Positions 41,321 through 55,582 are shown, numbered from the stretch's first letter. The stretch is 64,000 nucleotides of DNA from Octopus sinensis (GCF_006345805.1 NC_043012.1:54312001-54376000), one strand, 5' to 3'. Notes: a model not told the origin generated them from the letters alone. Numbers and translations are program-made.

Positions 41321-42928
41321 ATTTCAAAGTAGTCCAGCTCGGGTGATTACATGCTATTCAATCCATAGCAAGGAACCTAACTGTTGTTACTACTCTGGTC
41401 AGAGCAGACCAGGGAACAATGGTGGCAAAGAGGTTGTTCCAAATTCCTCGAAACGCTGGAATTCCCGAAACAGGATCTGTGTGCCGGATGCAGTTGGAAG
41501 TCATAGTCAGGATGTGTTACATATAGTGAGTTGAAATACATCGATTAACTGAAATCATCCAAGCAATTAGTAGACAAAATCTCCCTTCGGGGTTGTTTAA
41601 AAATGCAGAAACAACAAGGTGTGTAAATGCAATAAGATCGATTGAGGAAAATCGTTAGAGCGAAGGACAAAATATCTTGAGGTGTTTGTTTTGGATCTCT
41701 GCGTTCTGAGTTCAAATCCTACCAAGATCATATTTACTTTATTCCCTTTCAGACTCACTACAATAAATCACCATCCCAAAGCGTTTAATTAGGTGGATTC
41801 TTAGAGTGTTAGATAACCTATCTTGCTGTGTTTGTTTCGACCCTTTGCATTTTGGACTTCTGGGCCGTGGAATTAATCTGTCGTCTGGTTTAACACCTTC
41901 ACATGGTCCTTGAGGGTGCCTTTAGTGGGGTCTTCTCTACGACAAATCTTCTGATCAGGTCTGCGGTTTGAAGACGACTTTCTCCTTTCTTTCCTCCATC
42001 CTTAGTGACACGGAAGAAGACAAAGGGTCGTGGGTGTGGCCCTTCCTTCAGTGACTAAATTGTAAAAGTAAATACATTGCAACGGTGTCAGTCCCGCTTA
42101 TTTTCAAACAGATATCTTGGACTACATTACTTAACAGGTTCTTCTTTTCCAGATAATTGGGTATTACTTACAAAGATGTCTTGCTGCTATTTCTAGCATG
42201 TCTCCTAATCTCATAGATGCTCCATCGTTTGCTCGTTGATTTAAGACTTGTCTCCCATCTGTTTAACAAAATGGAAATTACATTTTTGTGTCACTTCTGT
42301 GCATCCGTATAGTTACAACCAATAGAAAATATACAGTGGCTGACATATTTATTTCTGTTTATAAATATCTTTTTATTGTATTTTTTTTTTTTTTTGCTTT
42401 TTGCTTTTCTTATAAATCCAGCATATGCTGTAGAAAATAGTATATTTGATTGATTGGACTTCAAACGTTATATTTTATTCATCCCTGGGGAACAAACGGC
42501 AAAAAACGTTCCACATGGGATTTGAACTGGAAAACAATACTGTTGTCAGTCGCTATTAATGATAATTAAGTTGACAGACCTTGAGTAGAGGAACTGGAAC
42601 GGGAATTATTTGTCAAATCGACTTCAATATTTGGCTGATACTTTATTCTATCGACACCGAAAGGATTATAGGCAAAGTTGACGTTGGCAAGATTTGAACT
42701 CAGAGCGTAAAGAGATAAAAAATAAGGATTATTATGAGATAATGTGCGTGACTGTCCGACGATTCTAGCACAGGGCCATCCGGTGTATTTTCAAGCAGAC
42801 TTGATCTTTTATCTTTTACTACTGTCAATCATTGGACTATGGTCATGCTGGAGCACCGCCTTCAACGGTTGCAATCGAACAAATCGACCCCAGGACTTTT
42901 CTTACGTCGGAAACTTATTCGACTTATT

Positions 42929-43330
42929 CGAGCTGGCAGAAACGTTAGCACGCAGGGTGAAATTCTTAGCGGTATTTCGTCTGCCGCTACGTTCTGAGTT
43001 CAAATTCCGCCGAGGTCGACTTTGCCTTTCATCCTTTCGGGGTCGATTAACTAAGTACCAGTTACGCACTGGGGTCGATATAATCGACTTAATCCGTTTG
43101 TCTGTCCTTGTTTGTCCTCTCTGTGTTTAGCCCCTTGTGGGTAATAAAGAAATAGGTATTTCGTCTGCCGCTACGTTCTGAGTTCAAATTCCGCCGCGGT
43201 CGACTTTGCCTTTCATCCTTTCGGGGTCGATAAATTAAGTACCAGTTACGAACTAGGGTCGATATAATCGACTTATTCCGTTTGTCTGTCCTTGTTTGTC
43301 CTCTCTGTGGGCAGTAAAGAAATAAGAAAC
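42929..43330 (+). mobile_element. SINE family B dimer nested in a family A copy
   Basis: Junction gaaata|ggtatttc; the host SINE continues on both sides. Confidence 0.85.
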
Positions 43331-43659
43331 TTATTCTATCAGTCTTTTATGCAGGGACGTAAACAGAACATCACCGTTTGCCAGACGCAAATGCAAACGC
43401 ACACACACACACACACACACTTACACACACTCACACACACACACATATCTATTACAAGAAGGTCTTCTTTCAGTTTCCGTCTAGCAAATCCACTCATAAG
43501 TCTTTGGTCGACCCGGGGCTATAGTAGAAGACACTTGCCCAAGGTGCCACGCAGTGGAACTGATCCTGAAACCATGTGGTTGGGAACCAAACTTCTTACC
43601 ACACAGCCACGCCTGTATATCGATACTTATCGTGTCTGGGACCAAATTATTGAAAGTGC

Positions 43660-43765
43660 CATTTTTTTCCTTCTTTTAAGACGGTAGAATAAGGTGATTT
43701 GATGGAAAGTTTGATTGCTATTTCTAACCGCTCTAGCATACACGTATAAGCTCCCTCATTGCTTG
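43660..43765 (+). repeat. Old dispersed repeat family D (representative copy)
   Basis: Motif ttttaagacggtag...gatttg..ggaaa.ttgg.tgctatttcta...gctccctc recurs near 31.25k(-), 42.2k, 45.15k, 45.4k, 45.95k and 62.1k. Confidence 0.6.
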
Positions 43766-44698
43766 GACAAAGTAATGTAACCTTAAAGAAATATTCTAGA
43801 TATTTCTATCGTGATTGCAAAGATTTATCATTAAGTACAATTACGATTTCGCTGGCAGAACAATTGCAAATAATTGCTTTTAATCAATGGCAAACAGTCT
43901 TTCGTGAAATGTCAAGTAAAGAGGGCAGTAAGTAATATGTCATTCAATCTGTGAAACCCATTCCTTTCTCATTGATAACAGATTCTAAGATATCGTCTGA
44001 TTGTATTTGAATGTTACGTTTCTCGCCTTAAGATGGCGCTGCTCTGGTATGACCGTGGTAGCCATAGTTAGAGTGTAAAGACCGTGCTAAAGCCATCTTT
44101 CTAAACGTGGTTTCAATGGAGATAACATCAGCACACCATTATCTTATTGAAACTCATTCATTTAAGAAAAAAAGATAAAAATCTCTTTCGGCACATGGAA
44201 ACCATTGAAATATTCTATAGATAATCCTAACATTTCTCAGAGAATTTTCACTGTCGTTGTCCTCATCATCATTGTCATTAAACTCCTTGTCGCTGTTATT
44301 TTTGTAGTTGTTGTTGTTGTTGCTCTTCTTCTCCTCTCCTCCTCCTCTTTCTTCTTCATCTTCTCTTTCTTCTGCTCTCCCCTCTCTCTTCGTCATCTCC
44401 TCCGCCTTCTCAGCTCCTTTGTCTCCTTTTTCTCTACTCCTCCTTCTTTTCTCCTCTTTCTTCTTCTCTCCTTCGCCTTTTTCTCTCCTCCTCCTCCTCT
44501 CCTTCTTCTTCTCTCCCCTCCTGCCCTTCCTCTCATCCCTTTCTCCTCTTCTTTCTCATTTTTTCCTTCTACCCTCCTTCATCTTCTTCTTCTTCTACTT
44601 CTTCTTCTTCGGCACGCCCCAGGTCAATCCTGGTTTACCAGACATATGACCAAAGAATTCCAAACGTAATTATCTCGTCTTTTTTTAAGAGTAGATGG

Positions 44699-45081
44699 AA
44701 GCACTCCGTCGGTTACGACGACGAGGGTTCCAGTTGAACCGAATCAACGGAACAGCCTGCTCGTGAAATTAACGTGTAAGTGACTGAGCACTCTACAGAC
44801 ACGTGTACCCTTAACGTAGTTCTCGGGGATATATTCAGCGTGACACAGAGAGTGACAAAGCCGGCCCTTTGAAATACAGGTACAACAGAAACAGGAAGTA
44901 AGAGTGAGAGAAAGTTGTGGTGAAAGAGTACAGCAGGGATCACCACCATCCCCTGCCGGAGCCTTGTGGAGCTTTTAGGCGTTTTCGCTCAATAAACACT
45001 CACAACGCCCGGTCTGGGAATCGAAACCGCGATCCTATGACCGCGAGTCCGCTGCCCTAACCACTGGGCCATTGCGCCTCC
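44699..45081 (-). mobile_element. tRNA-derived SINE (distinct head, young)
   Basis: Head ggaggcgcaatggcccagtggttaggg...ggtttcgattccc; 3' part shared with family C (gtcgtcgtaaccgacggagtgc). Confidence 0.85.
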
Positions 45082-46590
45082 ACTTTTTTAATAGTATCTT
45101 GGAGTACACTATCAAATGTGCTATTCGCATTTTTAAGATTGCAAAAGTGTGGTGTGAGGGAAATTTGGTTCATACTTCCAGCAGGTCAAGCAATCACATA
45201 GAGGCTCCTCCACCCCTTTCATATTCGTATTTCATGAAGATACCCTTAATCAGATTAAAGCTGGTGTAGTTCTGGATATTGTCTTTCTTGTTGTTATTGT
45301 TGTTATTGCTGTTTAACCACAGGAGAGCTCAAAATGAGACCACATTAAGGAACACATCCTTTTCTAAGACGGTAGAGTTTAGTTTGAGAGAGATTTGGGT
45401 GCCATTTCTAACAAGTCTAGCGACCACGTAGGTCTCCCTCTCCCCCTCTCTCTCTTTCTCTCTCTCTCTCTCTGCTTTTATCTCTCCCGCTCTGTCTCCA
45501 TATTACTCTCTCTCCATCTCTCTCTCCACCTCTCTCTCTTTCCCTCTTCTCTTTCTCTCTCTCTCCCGCTCTCTCTCTCTCTCTCTGCTTTTATCTCTCC
45601 CGCTCCGTCTCCATCTTACTCTCTCTCCATCTCTCTCTTTCTCTCTTGCCTCCCCATCTCTCTCTTTCCCTCTCCCTCTTCTCTTTCTCTCTCTCTCTCT
45701 TTCTCTCTCTCATTCTCTTTCCCTCTTCTCTTTCTCTCTCCCTATTCACTTTCTCTCTCTCTCTCTTCTCTTTCTCTCTCCCTCTTCTCTCTCTCTCTCT
45801 CATTCTCTTTCCCTCTCTCTCTCTCTCTCTCCCTCTCTTACGGTTTGGTTACTGCTTGTCACCATCCAATCTTTTCCCGATATTCAAGAAGCCCAAGACC
45901 ACATCCTTTTCAAAGACCATACAGAGCGATTCGAGGAAAAGTTGGCTGCTATTTCTAACAGATCTATTGATGACCAAGTAGAGTTTCCCCTCATTCACCT
46001 CGTTAAGCTTTAAGTCCTATGTATGAAAATGTGTGTATATGAGTGTACGTAAATCTATGCGGGTGTGTATATGTATGCGTGTATGCAAATGTATTTGCGT
46101 GTGTGTGTGTGTGTGCGTGTGTGTGTGTGTCTGTATGCAAATGTGTTTGTGTGTGTGTTTGTGTGTACATCAGAGTTATCTGCTCTTAGAACGATGTCAT
46201 AATTGTTCTGCTCTGTCATCAATACGTTTAAATGTCTTACAAGAGATAAGATATTTTCGTGATTGGAGCAGTCGTGTGAATTTCGTCTCTCTTCTACCTC
46301 TATCTCTCTATCTATCTATCTCCATCTATCTATCTCCATCTATCTATCTATCTATCTCTTTCTCAGTTTCTAGGTCCCTAACAATCAGTCTCTTTATCTC
46401 TCAGGTTTGGATACAATTCTTTTATTTATTGTTTTTAAATTTCGGTATCTTTGTAGAAGGATGTGTGTGTGTACGTGCGTGCGCGCGTGTATGTGTGTGT
46501 GTGTGTTGTGTGTGTGTGTTTGAGAGATAAAGATACAAAGAGAAAGTATATACTGTTGATGTTCTTGTTGTTCTTGTTGACATTAAAAAC

Positions 46591-46999
46591 TATTTATTTC
46601 TTTATTGCCCACAAGGGGCTACACACAGAGGGAACAAACAAAAGGATTAAGACGATTGCATCGACCCCAGTGCGTAACTGGTACTTATTTTATCGACCCC
46701 GAAAGGATGAAAGGTAAAGTCGACCTCGGCGAAAGTTGAACTCAGAACGTAACAACAGACAAATACCTATTTCTTTACTACCCACAAGGGGCTAAATACA
46801 GAGGGGACAAACAAGGACAGACAAATGGATTAAGTCGATTACATCGACCCCAGTGCGTCACTGGTACTTAATTTTATCGACCCCGAAAGGATGAATGGCA
46901 AAGTCGACCTCGGCGGAATTTGAACTCAGAACATAACGGCAGACGAAATACCACTAAGAATTTCGCCCGGCGTGCTAACGTTTCTGCCAGCTCGCCACC
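46591..46999 (-). mobile_element. SINE family B dimer
   Basis: Same junction. Confidence 0.85.
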
Positions 47000-47092
47000 T
47001 TAAAAACTAACTATATTGTCATGTATTTTTACTCTTCTGCTGGTTTCAGCTATTGGACTGTGGCCATGCTGTAGTACTGTGTTAGAGATTTT

Positions 47093-47523
47093 GAATCTTT
47101 TCGGTTTGAACGGCAGTTTTTTAAAATAATTTCCACGTAACTAAACACTTTTAAACTTCGTATACTGGTAGAATGCGTTTATAAAACATCTTTTTCTCTT
47201 GGCTTTATTGAGAAAATTCTATAGTTTGTAAGATATTTGTTGTTGTTTTTTCCTTCAATTTCTGCAATTTCAACCAATCAATGACATCTATTGAGGTGAA
47301 AACATTCTGTGCCGTATGAATATGTCCCTCGTTTAAGAAACAGATTGTGTTTATTTACATTTCAGAAGAAAAAAAGATACCCTTTCCCCCCACCCCTAAC
47401 CCTAACTAACCCTAACCCTAAAACAGATTGAAATGCAATAGATCGATACTAGGGTCATAATTATGGGTGAAAATTTCATATGACACCGCTAGAAAAAACT
47501 GCCGTTCAAAATAGAAAAGATCC
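47093..47523. mobile_element. Second copy of the same MITE, nested in an old SINE
   Basis: Same TIRs and body; TSD gagatttt/gagacttt. Confidence 0.9.
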
Positions 47524-49070
47524 GAGACTTTAGTCTATCAAATGGATCTCAATTTCTTTTCTTTCCCATTTTTTTTTTTTTTGCTTTTTTTGAAACTATA
47601 GTACTTATTCTAACGATCTCTTTTTACTGAACCGCCAGAATACGCAGCGTAAACAAACTAACACCGGTTCCCAAGCGGCGAGAAACAAACACACACACAC
47701 TCACATATACACGCGCATACACACACACTCAGAAAATACATAGTTTCTAATGTCAACAAGAGCAACAAGAACAACAAGACCAACGACAACAATAGCAACA
47801 TCAATATATACTTTCTCTTTGTGTCTTTGTCTCTCAAATGCACACGCACACACACACACACACATACGTACAGGCACGCACACACGCATACATACACACA
47901 TATACATACATGATGGACTTTCGTACAATTTCCGTCTCCCAAATTCTGTCACATGGCATGGGTCGGCCTGGGCTATATTAAGTGCTAAGGTGCAGCGCAT
48001 TGGGACTGAAACCAAAACCACGTATTTGCGAAGCGTATCTCAACCTCCACTCCCATGCCTTTCTCTCACTCTTTCTTCCTGTTCCTTGAGTAACGCTGCG
48101 ATGGACTGGCGTCCCATCCAGCTGGGGGGAACACATACGCTACAGAAATCGGGAAACCGGGCCCATGAGCCTGGCTAGGCTTGAAAAGGGCGCATAAATA
48201 AAATAATAAGTCCTGAGGCTTGGGTTATGTATTACCTGCATATCGTCATTGTTATGCTAATATCAGTGACATCGCACGTACTTCTTACATGCTATTTATG
48301 ACTTGTTACGATAGCTGCCATTTCAATGTCAGGTTAACTAATTCTGTTGAACAAAGTTTACCAACGTAAAATGAACGCGTGCGACTGCAGTCTTGCATGG
48401 ATGAACACTATTCAATATGATAATGGTATTGCCAATCAATAATAATGAACTTCAATCCAGATATGACACAAGTTGCGATGTTTTTGCTGATACACGAACG
48501 GAGAAAGCTTCTGGACGCTAAACAGATTTGTTTTTATCAATGAAAAGTTTGCGTAATGGAGAAACCTTTGTAACAGGAGGAAATTCATTTTAGCAATTCG
48601 AGATTTGCGATAATGTCATTGGTTCGTCTCTGAAAGAAATTGATAATTGATGAAAGGGTCAGATTCTAATCACAGCATCAAAATCTAACGGAATCGATTC
48701 AATCAATTGTTCTCATAAATTGTGTAAGTCGGCTCGTTTTTGTGAATTTAAGAAAAAGAATAGATTGAAACACAAGGGCAGAGTGCAGAAAACGAGATAA
48801 TTCAAACGAGGTTTATAGCCGGTGTGTTGCAGTCGTCTTAATAAAAATATTAAGAGTATCCTCAGTCGGGTGGTATCCGAAGTTTAATGCATTCATTGAG
48901 GTCATTCAAAAGATTGGAACGATTTTTAATTTATTGATAACTGAGGATAAACAAAAAAAAACAAAAATAATAATGATCTTGGTGATGTCCTTGTGGAATG
49001 CGTTGTTAGACAAGGCTATAAATAGGGTTCTGAATGTCGTTTTGTGGATATAAGATAGCCCCGTCGAAAT

Positions 49071-49210
49071 TAGGAGTGGCTGTGTGGTAAGTAGCTTGCT
49101 TACCAACCACATGGTTGGCACCTTGGGCAAGTGTCTTCTACTATAGCTTCGAGCCGACCAAAGCCTTGTGAGGGGATTTGGTAGACGGAAACTGAAAGAA
49201 GCCCGTCGTA

Positions 49211-49252
<42 letters not shown>

Positions 49253-49498
49253 ATATATATTTGGATGTATGTATGTATGTCTGTGTATATGTTTGTGTGT
49301 CTGTGTTTGTCCTCCCAACATCGCTTTACAACCGATGCTGGTGTGTTTACGTCCCCGTAACTTAGCGGTTCGGCAAAAGACACCAATAGAATAAGTACTA
49401 GGTTTACAAAAAAGTTCTGGGGTCGATTTGCTCGACTAAAGGTGGTGCTCCAGCATGGCCACAGTCAAACGACTGAAACAAGTAAAAGAGTAAAAGAG
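49071..49498 (+). mobile_element. SINE family A (B-box deletion)
   Basis: Homology to family A; ~20 bp missing after ccacatggtt. Confidence 0.9.
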
Positions 49499-50159
49499 TA
49501 TCTGGTAAAATGTGTTTTAATGTGAAAATTAACGAGTTACTTTCAGGAAGCATGTAAATCTACAAAAAGAAATTGAAAGATATTCTTTGTCATTTTCGTA
49601 CATGGCCAGCAATGTTTTTTTGGTGGGTGGGTAAGTCGATTACATCGACTCCAGAATTCAACTGGTACTTATTTTATCGACCTTCGAAAGGATGAAAAGC
49701 AAAGTTGACGTTGATGGAATGTGAACTCAGAACGTAACGACCCGAAAGAAATGCCGAGTGACACTTCGTCCGACGGACTAATGATTCTGCCAGTTCACCG
49801 CCTTGGGAAACGGGGAGGGGGGAAATAATAATGAAGATTCTGCAAGTATTTATGAAATTTGCTTAAAACATACCGCAAGGATCAAAGTAAAACTCGGCAA
49901 TGTTAACATTAAGAGGCGAGATGATATTGACAATGAAAATAACTATAACGGAAGTTTGGGATTGATTTGAACAAACCAAAACTAAGAAAGTGTAACATCA
50001 AAGCGAAACTGTTTTATGGATCACTCTTTGGAATTTGGGGGAAGTTTGATGCATTAATGGAAAATGATAAAAGCATAGAATTGGTGAATGTCATTGTTAC
50101 TGAATGTAAAAAAAAAATGTTGGTTTGCCTGGTTTAAACGTGTCGAATGTTCATAGTTC

Positions 50160-50760
50160 AACATAAATGCATGAGGTATAAGATTCAGGGCAATTGGGAC
50201 ATTGAGAGGTTTTAAGGCTAACATTCTCCTGAAAGGAAATAGCAGGTCATGCTATTTGGAGGTGATACTATTACCAATACACTTTAAACTATTAGTCACA
50301 AAGAAGCTGCTAAAATAAAATACAAATAAAGTAATGAAGGCCTTTGAAACGAAGTTCTTCCCGGGGGGAGTAAATGGGTCTCTCTGTTAGTGGTTGTGCC
50401 AAAGCTAGATGGAAATCTCCGAAAATGTGAAAATTCTAATGTAGATGCACATGAAAGAATTCGTTTAGATTTTTATCCAATTCCAAATACTGAATCGATA
50501 TGTTATTTGCTTTCTGGTGTGAATTATTTTGCTAAATTGGATTTAAAAGGAATATATCAGATAGAAATGATGTTCTGAAGCATAAGAAGTTAATACGATA
50601 AATACACCAATATTTTGTTGTTGTTACTGTTTTAAAATATATGTCTTTCATATGGAATTAAAATAACCAAACACTATTTCAGAGTGCAATAGAATGTATT
50701 CTTCGAAATGTCATTGATAAAGATGTTTTATCAAAATGATATGGGCATTAATGCTAAAGC
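50160..50760 (+). pseudogene. Ty3/gypsy reverse transcriptase relic
   Basis: VVPKLDGNLRKC..., YPIPNTESI...LSGVNYFAKLDLK motifs with stops and frameshifts. Confidence 0.75.
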
Positions 50761-51355
50761 TGTCAAAAGTCGACATGTCATAGTAGAAAATATAAATACG
50801 TTAGAATTGACAAAAATTGTGATCAACCGAGTTAAATCGTATTTCGGAACTGGCGAATTATCATTTTCGCAGAAATAGACCGACAAAGAAGGGCATATCG
50901 CCAAGTCAATGTTTAGCAGCGCTAAAAACCACCATGGAATAAGAAACAAATGAGACCTTACAAATGACATGATTTATGAAGGAATTTCATTTAACACATG
51001 TTGGTGCGTTACCATGATTGGTATTTATTATAATAATATTGGTTTGGACGATAATATTTCATCTGGCATATTTAAAGGAATTTTTAACAGGAGGGCTATT
51101 GTTTCTTTTGTTGAAAGACCACATAAGTCATTGAAAGATAAGAGTTGAAAATTGATAATTTATAATGAAGAATTGTTTCACCAACATGTTCGAAAACGAT
51201 GCCATTCTTGTAAATATGCACTCTTTCTTGCCGAGCCTGGCCAACTGGGGTTAATGTACGCTGCTTCATTACATGTTATTGGTGGTTTCTGTTGGAAGAC
51301 TCTGGTTCTGTGCTGCAAGCAAGAATCCTTCAGCTCCAATTATGAGTTCTACGAA

Positions 51356-51955
51356 GGCGGCGAACTGGCAGAGTCGTTAGCACGCCGGGCGAAATGCGTA
51401 GCCGTATTTCGTCTGCCGCTACGTTCTGAGTTCAAATTCCGCCGAGGTCGACTTTCCCTTTCATCTTTTCGGGGTCGATTAAATAAGTACCAGTTACGCA
51501 CTGGGGTCGATATGATCGACTTAATCCGTTTGTCTGTCCTTGTTCGTTCTCTCTGTGTTTAGCCCCTTGTGGGTAGTAAAGAAATAGGTATTTCGTCTGC
51601 CGTTTTGTTCTGAGTTCAAATTCCGCCGAGGTCGACTTCGCCTTTCATCCTTCCGGGGTCGATAAATTAAGTACCAGTTACGCACGGGGGGTCGATATAA
51701 TCGACTTAATCCGTTTGTCCCCCTCTGTGTGTAGCCCCTTGTGGGCAGTAAAGAAATAAGAAACGTTAGCACGCCGGGCGAAATGCTTAGCAGTATTTCG
51801 CCTGTCTTTATGTACTGAGTTCAAATTCTGCTGAGGTCGACTTTGCCTTTCATCCTTTCGGCGTCGATAAATTAAGTACCAGTTGCATATTGGGTCGATC
51901 TAATCGATTGGCCCCCTTCCCAAAAGTTTCGGGCCTTGTGCCTAGAGTAGAAAAG
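51356..51955 (+). mobile_element. SINE family B trimer
   Basis: Same junction plus a gaaata|agaaacgttagc junction. Confidence 0.85.
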
Positions 51956-52753
51956 AATTGCTATTGTTGTCGTCCTTTTATTCGCAAAACTATTAAGCAT
52001 ACCAGCCTCTCTATTGTGTATTTGCTGGCTTCCTTGAAAGCAGGAAACAGGTTTTTCTTTTTGCTTATTTTGTGCATATTTTGTAACTTTTTGTTTTCCT
52101 TTTATTTTTTGCCCACATTACTCCGTAAGGAACATAGGGCCGATTTCTCGGTTTTTCTGAGGCTTATATATTCCTCCCTGGACAAAACGCCGCTCCTCAT
52201 GAGCAGGCTTACTCACTTTTACCAGTTGAGTGGCCTGGAGCACAGTGAAATAAAGCGTTTTGCTCAAGAACAACGCATCACCCAGTCCAGAAATCGAAAC
52301 CGCAACACCCTAACCACTAAGCCATGCGCCTACACAACTTAATTTACTATTTCACGTTACTGGATTTTTTTTTGTAGTTCTACAGAAGATATTTCGTAAT
52401 TTTCCAATTGCATAAGGCCCCTGCCTGTCTATACTCGTGAAAATTTTAATCTTTCTCTGTTAGATAACGAGTAGAGAATTCTGATAAACAGTAATTATTT
52501 CTCTTGCTTCTCTGTCAAGTCTTGTTAGTATCTTTAGCGTACAGATGAAAATAATATAACATATTACTAGAAGAGCTATAGTGCTGATTCCTGTTACCTT
52601 GACTTATGCAATTAACTCTGTTTAATTTATTAATCTACTGCCTCTATAAAATACTTTCCAACGGAGTAAGACGATCGGATGCGGCTGTTTGAATGTTGAC
52701 GATTTGGCACAGCTGACAAGACATTCAACCTGTTTTGGTGACAAACACATTAC

Positions 52754-53146
52754 CATTATTATTATTATTATTATTATTATGTTTTTTCCTTCTTTCTTCA
52801 AATTTTCTTCCGTTTCTCGCCGAGTGTTTTCCATACACCTCGGGCAGAGAAGGGCATTGTATGCATTCCCAGATTACACGCGCAATTTCACAGATAACAT
52901 ATATCTATTTAAAAATTAATAAATAAATAAATTCATGGATGGATGTTATTTTCACGGCGATAGTGCTCTTCTCAGTACATGAGCCGTTCCAGTTAATACG
53001 ATTTTTTGCACTTCCTGTAAGGATGGTAAGCCTGGAATCATTTTCAAATAGGTTTCAGTGCCTTTTTTTATCATTCCTAGAGATCCTACAATCTCTGGTA
53101 CTGTAGTCGCCTTGAGATGCCACATTTTTTCAATTTCCATTAGCAG

Positions 53147-53147
<1 letters not shown>
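52754..53147 (-). mobile_element. 3' end of Dong/R4-like LINE with (TAA)n tail
   Basis: Translates as LLMEIEKMWHLKATTVPEIVGSLGMIKK...VQKIVLTGTAHVLRRALSP*. 3'UTR hairpin ccgaggtgt..acactcgg; flanked by (TAA)n on both sides. Confidence 0.85.
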
Positions 53148-53217
<70 letters not shown>

Positions 53218-53242
53218 TATTCTTATCATTATTATTATTATT

Positions 53243-53797
53243 GAGTGAGAGAGCAGAGCATGCCATCAAAGTGACACTGGGGTAAAATATACGAAGCCCA
53301 GTATACCCATCATGACTACCCGTCTGATAAGGGTACACTAGGCACATGCATCACAACCATATGTGCGCGACATGGTGATCTCATATCAAGATAAACAGCA
53401 CATGACCTTGCAGGTGAAGCTCAGTTAGAATTTTCTTCTGGTCGAGTAACCCATCCCACTCAAACGGTCCCTGAATAAGGGTTGTTTAAGGATGTTGAAC
53501 GAAACACCCATGTTTCCGGAGGTCAATTATTCAAACCCCAAAGAATCCCTCTCAACACATGGCTATGATGCTTCCCCACTACTTCTGCTCGTGCTCAGAG
53601 ATGCACATATCGTCAGCCACTAAGGGACGTGCTCAACTGGTTAAGGTCAAACAACTGACAAGCAAATCTGTGGTATTGAGCAGAATATTTGCTGTAGCCC
53701 ATCTTTTATACCAAGACAAAACAATGTACATGATAACACTTCCAATCAGTTAAGATCAGAAGCCACGAGAGCCACTACCTGGTACAGCATCAGGGCA
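53243..53797. mobile_element. 555-bp (TAA)n-associated element, copy 2
   Basis: Same ends as 29387-29941; ATT flanks. Confidence 0.85.
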
Positions 53798-53863
53798 TAA
53801 ATTATTATTATTATTATTATTATATTATTATTATTATTATATTATTATTATATATTATTATTA

Positions 53864-53900
<37 letters not shown>

Positions 53901-53925
53901 TATTCTTATCATTATTATTATTATT

Positions 53926-54480
53926 GAGTGAGAGAGCAGAGCATGCCATCAAAGTGACACTGGGGTAAAATATACGAAGCCCAGTATACCCATCATGACT
54001 ACCCGTCTGATAAGGGTACACTAGGCACATGCATCACAACCATATGTGCGCGACATGGTGATCTCATATCAAGATAAACAGCACATGACCTTGCAGGTGA
54101 AGCTCAGTTAGAATTTTCTTCTGGTCGAGTAACCCATCCCACTCAAACGGTCCCTGAATAAGGGTTGTTTAAGGATGTTGAACGAAACACCCATGTTTCC
54201 GGAGGTCAATTATTCAAACCCCAAAGAATCCCTCTCAACACATGGCTATGATGCTTCCCCACTACTTCTGCTCGTGCTCAGAGATGCACATATCGTCAGC
54301 CACTAAGGGACGTGCTCAACTGGTTAAGGTCAAACAACTGACAAGCAAATCTGTGGTATTGAGCAGAATATTTGCTGTAGCCCATCTTTTATACCAAGAC
54401 AAAACAATGTACATGATAACACTTCCAATCAGTTAAGATCAGAAGCCACGAGAGCCACTACCTGGTACAGCATCAGGGCA
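53926..54480. mobile_element. 555-bp (TAA)n-associated element, copy 3 (683-bp tandem duplication of copy 2)
   Basis: Appears identical to copy 2, including interruptions in the preceding ATT tract. Confidence 0.85.
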
Positions 54481-54508
54481 TAAATTATTATTATTATTAT
54501 TATTATTA

Positions 54509-54542
<34 letters not shown>

Positions 54543-54819
54543 ACTATTATTATTATTATTATCATCATCATCATCATCATCATCATTGCATGTTTTCACT
54601 AAACAATCGAGTACAGTTCCGAAGGCCCTTGATACGTTCAATGTTTTGTTTTTATACGTTTTAATCATTCCCAAGACACAGTACAAGGCTTTCACCATGG
54701 CGTTGCCTTCAATAATTTTACTTGTATTGCGTGCATTCACTGTACTACTGAGTGCAGTTCTGTAATCCTTAGGTACACATGATGTTTTTGACTAGGTCTT
54801 GTTTGGTTTCATGATTTCT

Positions 54820-55180
54820 ATTGCATTAATAATATCCTACGCAATTCATGTGCAATGCTTAATAATGCCAAAGCTATTTTCTGTATGTTGTAAGAGAAGT
54901 TGTGACTTTGTGTGTGCATATAGTTTAATCAATCCCAAAACACCTATTATTTTAGGGATTGTTTATGCTTTTAATCCCCATATTCTGGTTATCTCTATTT
55001 CCAGATCTTTATATTTCTATATTGTCTCATGGGGCGAATGCTTCGTCTCTTTTCTTTTTGTTTTGTTTTCTTAATAGTCTTTGACAGCAATATCCGATAG
55101 ATAAGCCTTCATTACCGTATATGTGCAGCTAAACATATACCAAATTAATCCATTTTCTGTTGATATTTCATAAAGCTTTC
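54820..55180 (-). pseudogene. Older degenerate Dong/R4-like RLE C-terminus
   Basis: KYKDLEIEITRIWGLKA*TIPKIIGVLGLIK, then after a frameshift YNIQKIALALLSIAHELRRIL. Confidence 0.75.
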
Positions 55181-55582
55181 TAGTTATTGTTATCATCATC
55201 ATCATCATCATTGTTGTCGCCATCGTCGTCGTCGTCGTCATTTATTAATATTATTGTTGTTGCTATTATTATTAAGGTGCCAAGCGACAGTAACGAAATA
55301 GCTTTCAGTAATTTTATATTTTACAACGATCTATTATGAACCGTGCGGTCGTTAAACTGTTTTCATTTCAACGTTGCGTTTCAAATCTAACGTAATCTAA
55401 TATACTTTGTACGAGTTAATTGTTGTTACCTTATTCACGTCTGAAAGAACATGGAGTAAACAATGTACTAATGAAATATGCTTGTTTGTACACTAATATG
55501 CACTTACATATGCGTACGCGTGTGTGTGTATGTGTGTGTGTGTGTGTGTGTGTAAACCTCGTGCCTTTATACTTTGTTGTCA

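Noticed and set aside
44990-45081. tRNA-like sequence with A and B boxes
   Set aside because: It is the head of a SINE and continues into the SINE body; no proper acceptor stem or terminator.
53560-53625. CUGACGA/CUGAUGA in the 555-bp element (minus strand)
   Set aside because: No GAAA or compatible stems II and III found.
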